NCBI GenBank assembly: GCA_965153355.1
Contig: OZ231126.1
Location: 13,888,001-13,952,000 of the forward strand
DNA from: Flaccisagitta enflata
Lineage: Eukaryota
Direction of reading: 5' to 3'
DNA length: 64,000 bases
Numbering within the stretch: the first letter of the stretch is position 1; each line of letters begins with the position of its first letter. A program made the position numbers and the translations under genes. The notes below the pieces were generated by a model. It had not been told where the DNA came from. It was given only the letters and a program-made list of their open reading frames with translations, and did no database searches. Positions 36,837 through 50,400 of the stretch are shown piece by piece.

Positions 36837-39800
36837 CAAATACTTAATAATACTTTTAATTACTAAAAAACACTACTACTAATACCATCACCAAATAATA
36901 TACCAAATACTAAAACAATTTTTACAACCTAACGCCCAACCTGCTCATGACGTAAGGACACTCCGACTTTCTTGTCCAGTTTCAGCATCTCCCTTCGCAT
37001 GATGGGGGTTTGGACCGGTTTGTAAATGGGATTCACTCCTTGCAGGGAGAAGTTCGGCTGCTGGAAGATCATTCTGTTGACAAGGAGGAATGAAACCGGA
37101 GGAATTCATTACTTTTTCAACTCTTTTTTAATGGTTGTTTAATAGTGCTTCTTCCCAGAAAGAGTTCAACCTCCAATCTCCACAGTGTAGTTATGAAATT
37201 CCTCAACCCATCTCACTCTTTAACTGGGAATGTCAGTTGTACAACATATCACATGACAAGATCAATTACAAAATAAAAAAAACAAAGGCAGAACAAAAAC
37301 AATACCCAATTCACTTTCCGATGAAATTGGCCTAACACCAGCCTCTGGTGCTAGGCACCATCTTTATTTGAATCCCCTCGGCACGCAACAATTTTTTTTA
37401 AACCAAGTTTTTGATGAGCATGGAAGCTGCATGTGTGTTAAATCCCCACACTGTCCCCCTAGGTTTTTCTTATAATGGTACCCCTTTATATCAGTCAAAA
37501 CCTTACCCCCCCCCCCCCCCCAAAACAAAAAGGTTAAACATGACAAGATAAATTACAAATTACAAAAACTAACAAAGGCCGACCGGAAAAAATACGCAAT
37601 TTACCTTCCAATGAAATTGGCTTGAGACACCAGCTTCCGGTGGGTGGCCCCATCTTTATTGGAAGTCCCTTCGGCACGGCCCAAATGTGTGAAGACAGTA
37701 AATTTCTTTGACAGCATCCACGCCCACCACTGGATAACCAGGTCCCCCATCGCGTCTTCTTCCTCTTCCCATTCTTCGGTCTCTTCGTCTTGAACGAACA
37801 TCGACTTGTAACTCACCACATTCCCCTCGGTGATGAGGAAAACCCAAGTCTGTTTAGGGTCCGCCTCACCGTTGGGTTCCTCCGGGAAATCTTTTTTACC
37901 CATTGTATGGATTGGGCATTGGGCAGTGGGCGTAGGGAAGCAGGTGCATGCATGTGTATTGGGTATTGGACCGGGAAGGGGAGTAAGAAAAGGTAGTTGG
38001 TTGTATGAAAATAAAAAAGATAACATCATTTCACCTCAGTTCCCATTCCATGGGAGTTACGGCTGGTATTCTATACCCAATCATTGCCAACTGGTCAATG
38101 GAAACGGTTTTACTACGTCTTAAACAAACAACAATTTGAGAGAGAAAGGATTATTTGATTTTTGGACCTGTTACGCCAAATCTGAGAACAGCCCCAGATT
38201 TTCCAGTGTTCGATTTAAAATCGATTTGATCTGGTCTCTCTAAACAATACCCGTTCACCTTTTTTTGGTTTCCATGGTGGGGAGGGGGGGAGGGAAAGGT
38301 TGACCATGACAATTTTTTTTTTAAACAGTAGGAGGGATATGGTGCACAAAGGTGGAGTATCACAAAGGTAACCTACTTTTTCTAAAGAAGAAAAATATCA
38401 GCATTTTCTGGGCCTCACCTCAACAAATATGTTTTGGGTCTCCTTTAGGTTTCCTTCGGTCGACACACAAGCCTTTAATAAAAAGGGGAGGTTAATACTC
38501 ATTTAAACAACAGTTTTTTTCTTCGCCATGGGTGAGGGGCGGGGAGCCAATAGTCATCTATTTCCCTTTTTTTTCTCACCACTTTATCTTTTTAAAGAAA
38601 TGTAAAAAAAAAAAAAATTCCTGCAGAACCAACTTACTAACTTACTCACTAACTTACTTTAAAGAAAAAGAAAGGAGAGAAAACAAGAATAAAAGGTAGA
38701 AATGTCCAACCAGTCTTTTTCTTCGACTCGGCCCTCCTTCCCCCCCCCTCTCACCCCTCCACCATATCTAAATGTACCCAAGCAAGACTCACAAAACAAC
38801 ATTCACCTGGCTCATTAACAACATGCCACGCAACCCCCAAATGGTCCGCCAGTTGTTACTCTTGGACATGATGTCAATTCCGGCCAATTTGTCGCCATGC
38901 ATCGCGACGAGGTACTTCTTCCAGAAGGTGTCCAAACGATTCAAAAGAATTTTGTAACCACCAGGCACATAAACGTCCATAAAAACTTTGATGAAAAGTT
39001 TGTGGTAATCCTAGAATGCAAAGAGATCGTTTTACAAACTTCACCCCCCTCCTCCAATAAAGAAAAAAAATAAAATGCCAAAACCTCTTAGAGGTTTAGG
39101 CATCAAATTTTTCTCCTTTGGTGGGGGGGAGGGGGGGGGGGGGGAAATCTGTTCAACCAATTTTCCTGCGTGAAGGTTGCTTTGTTGAGTTGTTGGGTTG
39201 GTTGCTCAGTTCAATTTGTCTTTTCTCATATATATGGAATTGTGCCAGTATCCTACCCTAGCAATGCACCAACCCAAACAACGAAAATTCCTATTAAGAT
39301 ATGTGTGTTGTGGGCCTTTTTTTTTTGGTTTAACCATATCATTGTGTATAGTTGGGCTCATCACATTTTCTGACCTGTGAGATTTGTGGGAACCTCTTGG
39401 GGAATTCTTTAAAAAAGTCGCCGACGTCCGGTTTGTAAGCGGCCATCGATGGAGTTACTCCCGATTTCACCGCCAGAAACTAAAGAAGGTAAATCACCCT
39501 ATTAAGGAACCTCATTTATAAGCATCATCATTGGTAAACAACCTGATCCAAAAACCACCTTCATTCCATTTTCTGAACACTGAAGGTTTTTAAAACATTT
39601 AATTCAAACGTACCAAAACTTGGTCTTTGGTAAGCTTCTCCTCGCTGGTAAGGTTCGCCCGTGCTGTTGGTGTGAGATGTCGTAATCTCTCTTGTTTCTC
39701 CTCCATCTCTTTGTATGTCTGTTCCGAGTGCTCATCCAACAGGTAAAACTGAACCCCGTTTGTTGCCCAGAGACTTTTTTCGGAACCACGCGGCACCAAT

Positions 39801-42800
39801 CGGGATGTAGCGTCCTTCCCATTGTAAAGTGAGGGTTCAACATCACTCTCTGAAGAACCTTGGTCGTCAGGAGTTACTCGGTGTTCGGGTTCCCCTGCAG
39901 TGGGGGTATAATGGTAATTGAAAAGACAATTCATTGAAAAGAAATTTTTCATCCATTACAAAGAACAACCATGATAGGTCAACACAGCAACATAAAAACC
40001 AGACACAATCTTACTCTTTCGTCTTAGAGCACACCAAATCGACGAAATCTTCTTGGCCAGTTCGTTTTGTAAGTCGATCTCTCCCAAAGTTTGGTGCCCG
40101 GTAAAGAACCGTGGAGCGTCGGCCTTTATGAGTCCTAACAAAAGACCCACGGCATCCTTGCTGGTCAACTTCAACGTTGATCCGTTGTTAAGTTTCAACG
40201 TGTTGTCCATGTTGTTGACCAGGAGTAGCTCGACGATCATCGCCTGATTATGGGATTAAGTTAATTGTCAAATTAAGGAGATCCTTTACGCCCAAACGCA
40301 CAGGACGTCATATAATATGGGGTACCTGTGTTTCTCAATTACCATATCCTTTTTTTCTATTCAATATACAGATGTCCATCATGGTTGTGTATATCATATG
40401 TATCTCCCCACCTCAATGGACAATTCATCCGTCATGATTTTGGCTGCCATACTCCAGTAATTGCGGCTTTTCCCTTCCTTTAAGTTGTAGCAGTCCATTA
40501 TGGCATAGAGCGTCAATTCGCCCAACTCCGCCGCCTTCTTCGTCATTTGGGGCACGACGATTCTTTGGTAAACTTCTTTTATTTGTGCTGTGGAATCTAT
40601 ATGGAAATAATGGTTAAAGTCAAGCCTAGTCAGCCCTAGGGATAGTTCAATGAGTCTTTTTCTTTTTTTTGGCAAACACTAAACCAAAAAAATTTCAATA
40701 ACAACATCCTGGTTCCAACCTTTCAATTCACTGAGAGCGGGCCTCTTCGACTGCAGGAGGTAGAGATCGTCCTCGTCCGGGTTCACATTGGGCCTTTGGT
40801 AGATATATTGGCTGGAGGGTATGTGTTTGACAACCAATACGTTATGGCCGTCCATATTATTATCAATCAACTCCAGCCACTCCTCCCAATCCTGTGTCCC
40901 CTTTTTGCGCAGGAAAACTTTATGGGTAGGGGAGACTCGATAGTCGAAAACCTTTTTGACGCTTAAGGCTTCATGCCTCATCCCATAATCAAAGCGTAAC
41001 TCGCGGTCGCCGACTTTAATACCGCGGCCATAAAGTTCCTCCACCAACGTCACATCTGCATAAAACAAAGACAATTAGTCATAATCAGTGGAGTGACAAT
41101 GAAGCACCTCCACCTTCTTTTGGTAATAGGGATGGGTTGTGTCTGGCCAAAACAAATGTGCCCAAGCACATTTGTTTAATTTTTACAATTACTCATATAT
41201 CCGGATAATCACCCTTGGAATTTCCCGTTAGCCTCTGGGAAGGCAATTTCTTTTATGTCCAGTCTATGTAACTTGCATAAGTCAACCGATACACTCACTT
41301 ACCAAGACCATCAAGCATTGCACTCATGGGTTCGGTATTGCTTGCGAAACTGTGTTTTGGTAGGTCCACCAACACAGGTCCACTTGGGTTAACAAAACCA
41401 GTCTTCGTCTTCGCCTCCAACCGCAGTCTTTCTCGAATGTTTTGGACATCGAAAGCTCGAGATGTGTCTATTGGCCAAACCGACCTTCCATGAACTGTGG
41501 GGATGTGTAAAGAGAATCAGAATCATTTCCTAGTCCTGGGCTATGCGATTGTAAGGTTAGGCGCGTGAATCCGTCCAAAAATTATAAATCACTATATGTG
41601 TAAACCAATTTACACACACCTTCGCTGAATTTGCATTTTCCAAGGGCAACTTCGGTCGCTTTGGTCCTTGGGAAAACATCTTTGTATACAACCGGCAAAG
41701 CTGAATGAGTACGACGCTTTGGTTTGGGTTTCAGCGGTGGTGGTGGGCCGCTACCCTCAAACCGCCCTTCATCACGCCTTTGCTCGCTTGTGGATCCTGT
41801 GCAGGGTTGTGTATAGTTGCATGCCCTTTTTTCTGTATTTTGGGAGGATACTATTCCAAGTTTGTTTTGGTCTTATGTTGAGAGGCGCATGTAATAGTTT
41901 CCACTGCAATATGCAAATGAGCATTTTAGCCACCAACACGATCAGTGCAACAGATACTGCCGTAAAATCAATCCTCTGGCATTTGGTGATTTCCTTTATA
42001 CATCCCCTCAATCCTTTTCTTTCCCCCCCTCCCTAACATAATTCAGGGGGGGGGGAGCAACTATACACAGCCCTGTTTTCCAAAAAAAAAAATATGAATC
42101 CAAAGCGGATCTCCCCTTGGAGGAATCCTTTTTCCTTAGGTGGTTCAAACACCACATGCTTGGTTATGTCCGTCGCTCTTGTGTGTAAGTCGGTTTGTTG
42201 GTCAGTTGGTAATCCCTTGGTTGATGATCCACATGTTGACTATATTACCCTACTTGGCCTTTTATTTCCTTTATATTTTTGGCCATATTTTTTTCACCTG
42301 AAGCAACAGCTGTGGCATCCGAACTTTTTCCGGGAAGCGGCGGTTGTGATTCGCCGACGGAACTGCCAACCACCGGAGGGACAGCTTCCTGACGTGGCCT
42401 CTCTCTCCCATGTCCTGATTGTGATGCGGTCCCAGCGTAAGTCGTATCAGTTCCATAACCTACAAGTTGTGCAGTGAGAAAAAGAAAATACATTTTGGTT
42501 CTCTTTTGTATCCCTTAATCATGTGCACAGAACACAAAGCACAGTGTCCTTTGCACACCTACCCGACTCATTCCTTCTTTTTTCAAGTTGACCGCCAAGC
42601 TCAGCGTCGACTGACAATTCTTTTTCTCCTTCAGCATTGGACGATGAACATGCCGGCTCCGAGGAAGGTATATGATGGATCAATTTCTCCTTGTTTCCAA
42701 TGCACCTAGTCAGCACATCGAATGGCACAACGGGAGGTGTAGCATCATCTTCTCTGACTACAAAATCCACTTCCTCGTCATTTTCGGAGTCATCATTGAT

Positions 42801-43682
42801 GTCCTGTAACCCTTTGTCTTCGTCTTCTTCCGCCTCGTCGTCTTTTTCTTTTCTCTGTCCACTGTCTTGATGGGTTGTCTCATCAATACCCAGCGAACTC
42901 ATGTTTGGGGGCGGCAACACGTTTGGGGTCGCGGGAGGAGTTTCCTTAGCTGTTGACTCGGACTGATGCGCCGAATCCGTGTCCTCAGGGGAAGGGGAGT
43001 GACGGGAAAACGAAGAATGTTCCATGTGATTGTCACCCTTTGAGGTTTTGGGAATTGTATTTTCCGGGTCGGAGGACTGTTGAGAGCCACCAACCCCCGG
43101 CGATGACGCTGGAAGAGTAGTTGGTGGGTAAGGCTCGGGAATGTCGGCAATTGGGCTTCTTAGTTTAACCCTAGGAGCTTTGGCCCCGACGCGATCTGCA
43201 AATAAAGGGGAATGGTTAACAAGGTCGTATACACGAGCAGAAGTCGCAGGCGGGTGGGCAGGAGCGGCGAAAAAGCAAAGTATTTCCAACAGACAGTCAG
43301 ACAGACCTTCACGATCCACTGTAGTTAATCTTTGGTCGATGTCTTGGGTTGAAGCCGAAGAGTCCATAGGGTTTAAACGAATCTTGGCCTGTTTCGCGTT
43401 GTTGGCTTCCACGATGGCGTCCACACTTTTGATTTTCTTTCCTTTTGAGTTTTTCCCATCTTTTACATTCCCACCCGTTCCCCTATCAGAAACTGTTTTC
43501 CCCCTGGAATCTTTGTTAGTTTCCGTTTTTCTCCCCCCCCCACCCCCCTTTTGGCCTCTCCCCCCATCCCCCTTGGCCCTTTTTGAAGTTGAGGAAGACT
43601 CAACGTCATCGTCGGATTCTTCCGATGACCCCTTTCTCGCCTGCCTGCCTGAAGGCGTTTTACGTTGGCGGGTGGTGGACAT
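35878..43682 (-). CDS. Multi-exon (~12) gene, probably the CMC element's second (non-catalytic, SAMD3-like) protein; may be partly decayed
   Basis: The ATG at 43682 opens a ~370-aa basic/acidic disordered exon. Protein-like exons, mostly with AG/GT borders, lie at ~42297-42459, 40710-41056, 40410-40597, 40015-40243, 39612-39895, 39375-39478, 38807-39010, 37605-37890, 36940-37090 and 35878-36075. Further exons may lie at ~41280-41800 and ~38400-38470. The helical pattern PDVGDFFKEFPKRF..ISQDYHKLF resembles animal EnSpm ORF2. Confidence 0.6.
36462..36840. repeat. (TA)n and (TAC)n microsatellites in the last intron of the ORF2-like gene
   Basis: Direct inspection. Confidence 0.95.
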
Positions 43683-44074
43683 GTCAGTTTTTGGAAAATG
43701 TTTTCTTTAATGGTCACTTAGTTGTAAGTTTAATGCTGCAAATATTTGTTAAAAACCAAGAGTTGGGTACGTGAGCTCTTCATACAAATAATGAACTTTG
43801 GCTAAAACAGGATTTTTTTATTCAACGCAAAATGATATGCTTTGGTTAAAAGAAGTAATTTTTTAAGAAAACTTTCCCAATACATATCTTTTCTTCCTTT
43901 TTGGTTTTACTTTATTTATATATTTTTAAAGTTCTAATACAACATTTACAATTCCTTGGAAGGGGAAAAAACAATTTTCCAGTTTCCTTTTTGTTTTTCC
44001 CAAAAAAATTACAGCTTTTAACCAAAAGTTGGATTTCTTCATCACATCACATTGTTTCTTTCACACTTTTTATT

Positions 44075-44773
44075 TCCAGAGGGAGCAATGTAAAAAACCT
44101 TGAACCGCTTTTTACAGTTTCCTACAGAGTGACTCTGGTTGTGGTCCGGATACCCTTTTTAAAAACATGCCCTGTAAAATATCTGTAAAATCCCCTGCTA
44201 AATTCCACTGTTAAAATCCACTGTTAAAATCCCCTGTTAAAAACCCCTGTTAAAAACCCTTTTTAAAGAACCCACTAAAAAACCCCTTTTCAAAACCCCG
44301 GAGAAAAAAAAACCTCTTTTCGAAACCCAGGTAAAATAAAACCTGTAAAAAACCCTTATTAAAAACCACTGTTAAACAACTCTGGTAAAAACCCCTGCTA
44401 AAAAACCCCTGTTAAAAACACCTGTTAAAAACACCTGAGAAAAAATGTGTAAATAACCTCCATAAAAAACCCTTTTTCGAATGCTGAAAATGCTTGTTAC
44501 AAGTTAAGACAAACAATTGGTCAAAAAGTAAAAACAAGTTTCAAAAAGAGGTTTTTAATCGAGGTTTTTAATAGAGGTTTTTATCACAGTTTTTTTAAAA
44601 AGGTTTTTTTTTAGAGGTTTTTAACCAAGGCTTTTAACAGAGGTTTTTTACAGAGGTTTTTAACTTAGGTTTTTAACACAGTTGTTTAACAGAGGTTTAA
44701 AAAGAGGTTCTTCACAGAGGTTTTATACACATGTTTTTTCCTTAGGTCTTTGTACAAAAACATTCTCTCTGGG
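44075..44773. mobile_element. Foldback MITE made of AAAAACCCCTGTT arrays and their inverse, with (C)CCAGAG...CTCTGGG ends (non-autonomous CMC-like)
   Basis: The left half repeats aaaaacc(c/a)ctgtt and the right half repeats aacagaggttttt. The ends are ccagagggagcaatg / cattctctctggg. Confidence 0.6.
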
Positions 44774-44933
44774 TAAGCTTGTATCAGGCTGTAAAAAACT
44801 TAAAAAACATGTTAAAAGGTTTTTTCCTTTGCCGCCTCTGTCTTTTATTTTTTGCGAAACACGTGTACAATCTTATTCTTCGACAGTTTTGGGTAGACTA
44901 TAAAACACTGCCTATGTTTAACCACTTTCGTTA

Positions 44934-47317
44934 TTAAGCATCGTTTGCGAAGGTACCTAGGACTTCAAGCATCTGTTGTTTTTCAGAGTTTTGGGCAAAG
45001 ACAAACTCCTCTCCAATGATTGAAACAGTCCAAGGACTTCCTAGGGCCGCCAATTGGGAAAGTCTAGTGAAATTTGCGTTTGCCTCACGACCGTCAATCT
45101 CCGCCAAATCCTCGAATCTGCCACGTTTCGGGTTGCGCCCCTGCATCCATGAAACCTGGCGCATATATATGAACCAGGTAAGAATTTTGGGCTACTTTTT
45201 TAAATTTTTATGGAAAGTTAACACCCTGGGTAACGAGAATGAAACCTACCAGTCCTGGAGGTTTATTCTCCTTTTCCTCTTCGTTGTCAAAAACCAGTCG
45301 GCGAACATGAACTTCTGAGGCGTCCCTTCTGTTTTTATGTCCACTTGCCCCCTGATGTTTTTGAGGAGGCTTTTTCCATGTTAAACAAGGCCGGATACCC
45401 AGCCAATAGTAGTTGCGGACGGGTGGGCAGGGGTGGAAATGCGCTTTCAACCTTTCCAACCCGATCCCCATGTCAGACGGACGGACCGACCGACCGATGG
45501 ATGGACAAAGCCTATCATAGAGTTGCGTTTTCGCAACTAAAAACGGAAACCCTTTTATGTTTTGTTACTATTGAAACTATTAACTGTAATTGTTATACCA
45601 CAAAACAACATACAACAACATCAACATACAACAACAACAACAACAACAACAACAACAGCAGCCAACATAACAACAACATACTAACTATGTTTGGGGAAAC
45701 ATTCTCCTTCTCCCTTTCATGGATGGACAACTCCAATTCAACAACGCGGTGGTTTTTGGCCCCATTCTTGCGACCTCTAGAGCCTCCTTTTACGGCTTGT
45801 TCATTTCTTGGAAGGCACCCAACTTCCACCCCCATGTCGCGGTTAGATCCAAAGATGTTTACCCCCAATTCGGAAGTGCGGGGGGACTCTGTAGCAGGCG
45901 TGTATAAAGCTCCACAAGTTTTTTCACCTTTGTGCTTAAAGTCACTTAAAAAAAAAAAAAAAAAACTGTTTCTCATCTTACACTCCCCCCCCCTCCCAAA
46001 ACAAAAGAATTTATTCTGGATGACTTAAGTAAAATTAGAAAAGTTTTTTAATGTGGGACTTTAAACAGGCCTGCTCGCAAGTCAATACCGTGTGGATCCA
46101 TGAAACCATGGTGATCGACACAAGACGCGCGAACACCTCTCGAACATCCTGCGACACCCGTTTGTAGTTTCGAAAACACGCAGGCACCTTCCACCCGTGA
46201 AGTGGCAGGACCAATTTCCCTCAAGACGTCCTCGCCACCAACGGAAGTGGCCTCTGTAGTAGGCATGTATAAAGCTCCACAAGTTATTTCCCTTTGTACT
46301 AAAAGTCACTTAAAAAAAAAAAAAGTTTCTTATCTGTCACCCCCCCCCTCCAAAAAGAAACATGTTTATTTTTAAAAAGGAAAACATTAAAAAGTTTGTT
46401 AATGTGGAACTTTAAACAAGCCCGCTTGCGAGTCAATACCGTGAACAGAATCAACCGGAGCGGCACGAACACCCGCGGAGCTTTCATCAGTATCGGTCCA
46501 TAGATGATTTTGGGCGCGTTCCTCAATGCCTCGGGTTGGACCATCGCGCGCCGTTTGGTCCAGAAATGATGTGGGGTCAAAGGTTTCAGTCGTGTCGTAA
46601 AAACATCCGCTCGAATTGAGAAGACCGGTCAACTCGCCTTCGTCGCCGAATAAAGTGGAGAAGTCGGAAGGGAGGCTCTGTGGTGGTGGAAATAGAAAAT
46701 TTTGTGGGGGGGAAACATTGGGGACCCCGAATGTCAGGAAAGGAAATTTTCACTTTTTCCACTTCCTGATTTTTTCGGGGTTGGTTGCATTTTTTTAAAT
46801 GGAATAGTAATGGAACAATAAAGGTTAACTCGCAATTGGCAACATCAACCATCCTGCAACTTACATCATCCTGATTGGGCTGGCCAGGTGAGACGTCCAG
46901 ATGGAATGACGACGACGTCGACAAGTCGCCTGGATCTTGGAATGATAAAAAATCTTTGAAGGCATTGTCGGAGCCTGTGGCCAACAATGCCTCGAATTCC
47001 AACAGAGCATTTGTTAATGTCGCGGGATTTACGTTCCTCGCCAAGTCCCAAATCGTGGAATCACCTTGACTCGGCGCGTCCCAATCCACCAAACTTTCAT
47101 CTGAATCCAGGTGGATTTCGCCTCGCAGGAAATCGGAACCGGAAGGCGACAATGGTGGTGAAGTTATAACGGAGAGCGAAGTAAGGGTGGACACGGAATC
47201 CTCCTCATCGATCACCAACCCCAAATCCTCATCACTGGCGGCTGCACGGTCCTCAACCTCGTCGAGGATATGGCCCATGAAGCGACAGACCTCCTCTGAG
47301 ATAGCTTCTTTGGACAT
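44934..47317 (-). CDS. Multi-exon gene of unknown function (acidic, S/D-rich N-terminus; internally duplicated segments)
   Basis: The ATG is ~150 bp downstream of the transposase stop. Protein-like segments lie at 46860-47317, 46410-46650, 46060-46290, 45690-45940, 45248-45345 and 44934-45175, separated by T-rich intron-like stretches. The exon phases are not fully resolved. Confidence 0.5.
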
Positions 47318-47468
47318 TTTCTAATTTATTGTTTAAGGAAAGGCCTTTAAAATCCAAGTTTATTGTCTATGGCAACCTAGAGAAACATACAACACATTTC
47401 GCCAATCAAATGAACTGCCAAATACGATGAACGGAATGAACGATTTTTTTCAAACATCACTTTCACCT

Positions 47469-50400
47469 CTAAGGCACCAAGGCCATCAAACCAGAATCAT
47501 TTTCTGGGTTTTTATGATCACGGCCAAAATCATAAGAATAGTAAACGTTTCGGCGAAGATGATGTTCGTAAATTGGTTGATTAACTTCGTAAAATTTACT
47601 CGCAAACTCCGAAACAATGACTAAGTTATATTTAGCCGATTGAAGTCTATCATATACCAAACACCCCGTATCGGGATCGACCTTTACTCGCCAAACTCTT
47701 GTGTAAAAACCCACTATATTGGAGTCAGCCTTATTCACCAGGAGATTTAATATTTGACAGTATTCATTTTCCTTTTTGAAGTAAAAGGTGTTGCGGAAAA
47801 ATGGCGTGTTCATGATTACGAGTGATTTAAGTTCGGAGAACTCACCAAGTCCAAACGCCTTCCAACTGTCGACAACATGCTGTTTGGTTTTTCTCCTTCC
47901 TCTGGTGCCGAGCCTCTTTATTTGTCGCATAGGATCAACCAATCGATATCGTTTGGTGATGAAGGCAGTCTTTCGTTCATGCATTTTGGCAATGTATTTC
48001 ACCACAGCTATCCTATTTTTCGAGTCATGAGTGATCCCCTTTAAAAGCTTATGATTGTTTTCACCTCGCAATGCCGACGTTCCAGTGTGAGCAGGGCCAA
48101 AATTACGAATCCCATCACCAGAGTGAGTAAGGTAGTGAGCTTTGGGTCGAATTGGTGGATGGTAAAATTGTGGCGGTTTCAAACGTGGTTTCTTTGACGG
48201 AGGTGGTTGTTCTCCATTTTCAGAGCGTCCCTCTTCCTCGTCACCTGACTCGTCACCTGTTCCTTCATCCGCCCTTTCAATACAGTCGTCAACTTCCCCA
48301 TGCACAGAGGGGTCAGTTCGTTCGGCTTCATTGTCCTCTTCCCATTCCAAATCACTTGCTTCATTTCCCAGGCCATTGTTACCCTCTTGAGATTCCATCT
48401 CATCTTCTTCAAACAAATCCTGAGACTGTTCCTCTCCTCTTTGGTTATCGCCTTCCGAGTCTTCTCACCCCTCCACTGCCTCTTCATCATCATCATCATC
48501 ATTATCGTCATCGTCCTCATCATCGTCATCGTCCTCATCATCGTCATCGTCATCATCATCATCATCATCATCATCATTGACCACATCATCTTCCTCAGAC
48601 TGAGTAACCTCATCTTCTTCTGCACATTCATCCTCTGCCTCATTTTCACTTGGGTCTTGTTCTTCTTGTTCTTCTTGTTCTTCTTGTTCATCTCCGCTCG
48701 TTAAAGTGGTTTGGCTTCTTCTTTGCTTCCCCCTTTTCTTTGCATTTTCAATTGCTCTTTTTTTCTTCTGTTTCTCATATTTTCTTTTGTCCGACGCATA
48801 TCTTTTGTTTTTCGTCAGTTTAAATCTTAGTGAAAACATTAGTTTGATTTTTTCCTCCAACACTTCAATTTCCCATTCGGCTATGTGGAGTCTGGAGAAA
48901 AGCTCGTCGATAGACGCTAAAACCGCAAGCAGCTTGTATTCTGTGGTTTTACAAATGCTGCGGTAATCCTTTAAACCCCGAAAAGCGACGCGGGTGAGTT
49001 GTATGGTTGTTGAAAATTCTAAGAGGTATTCATCTACAATTCGGGATTTTTATTTTAACAGCCTGATTGAAAACCTTGTGGAAATTTTATTAGGGTTCGG
49101 GGTGGTGTTAGGGTTATAGGTGTTGTTACGGGTAGGATTAAGGTTACAAATCTTATGGGTCATGGAAACGGTCAATTAAATCTTTCCTTTTTCATTTCTG
49201 TTTTTTACTACAACATTATTGTGAAATCCCGAAAAATAGATGATCACCTTTGAAACTACCCTGAAAACAGGGGTACGTTTTTTCGGAGTAATGCTTCTTG
49301 TTGAAAGGTGGTATTGGATTTCTTTTATGTCTTCCTTTCTGTAATGGAATTTTTTTGTACTGAAACGCCAGATCATCGATTTCGATGATTTTTTTCTTCA
49401 TTAATCTTTTGATGGCAAGTCCAAAATAATCCTTCCCACTTCCGCCGTGGAAATTATGCCACACATCTCCTGCAAAGCCCCCAGATTCATGACAAATAAT
49501 GGTTGTCACCTCTGAATTGGTCAACAGTTCTAAAACGAAAGAAAGGAACATCGCTTGCTGTGACTAGATTTTTTTCATTATTGTTTGGGGGACCAAGAAA
49601 TTTAAACAATGAAATAGTTTTCTTTCGTCATCATTGTGAGGGCTTTGCAGGAGATGTGAAGCAATGGGACGAAAAAGGTGTCCTTGCCTGGCAGATCTTC
49701 CCAGACGTGAAATCCAGGCAGGTGGCGCAAGGGAGTCTCAGTCCTTATGCCACAGTTTTGGCCGGGCATGTAATCGCTACGCAAATCCTTTGAAAGTTCG
49801 AAGAATTGGTCGGGGTCCTCGCATTGGCTATATGCAGCCTGCGAAACATTGCATTGTCGACAGGGAAACTGGACGTAATTGTTGAAGGACCCTGATAATC
49901 CGGCGAGGGGGTTCATACATAAATTGTCCCCCATCGCCGTTCCCAATATTATTTGAATTATGTCGTCTCCAATTTTAAATTCCGTTGTTAGAAGGGACTG
50001 CAGGTTCTCCATCACTTTTTTTAACAGTCTGGGGTATGTATGCTTCTTGCATAAGTTTGACTTGCAAAGTCCGACCAAGAAGGTACATTGTTCCGTTGTT
50101 GAATGGGCGGAGAGGTGGACGAAAAGGTACATGCCGAAGCACTTCAGCACAGATCAGTAAAACTGATAACCCTAAAATATTAGAATTTGCTTATTTGCTT
50201 TTTTTTAGTGTAAAGGTACCCCTTGGGGTTATTCAAGAATCCTGAATATTTTTAATCTGGGACCCATATTTTTCTAACAGTTGATACAAGAAGATTAACA
50301 ACAAGATTGTCCTTTTATGATAACAAATGGCTGAGCTATGACTATTTAAAGCTTTGGGGGTATCCCTGGGGGTCCAAATTTCAAACCCCCGTAAAACCCA

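Noticed and set aside
43141-43710. 189-aa plus-strand ORF
   Set aside because: It is antisense to exon 1 of the ORF2-like gene.
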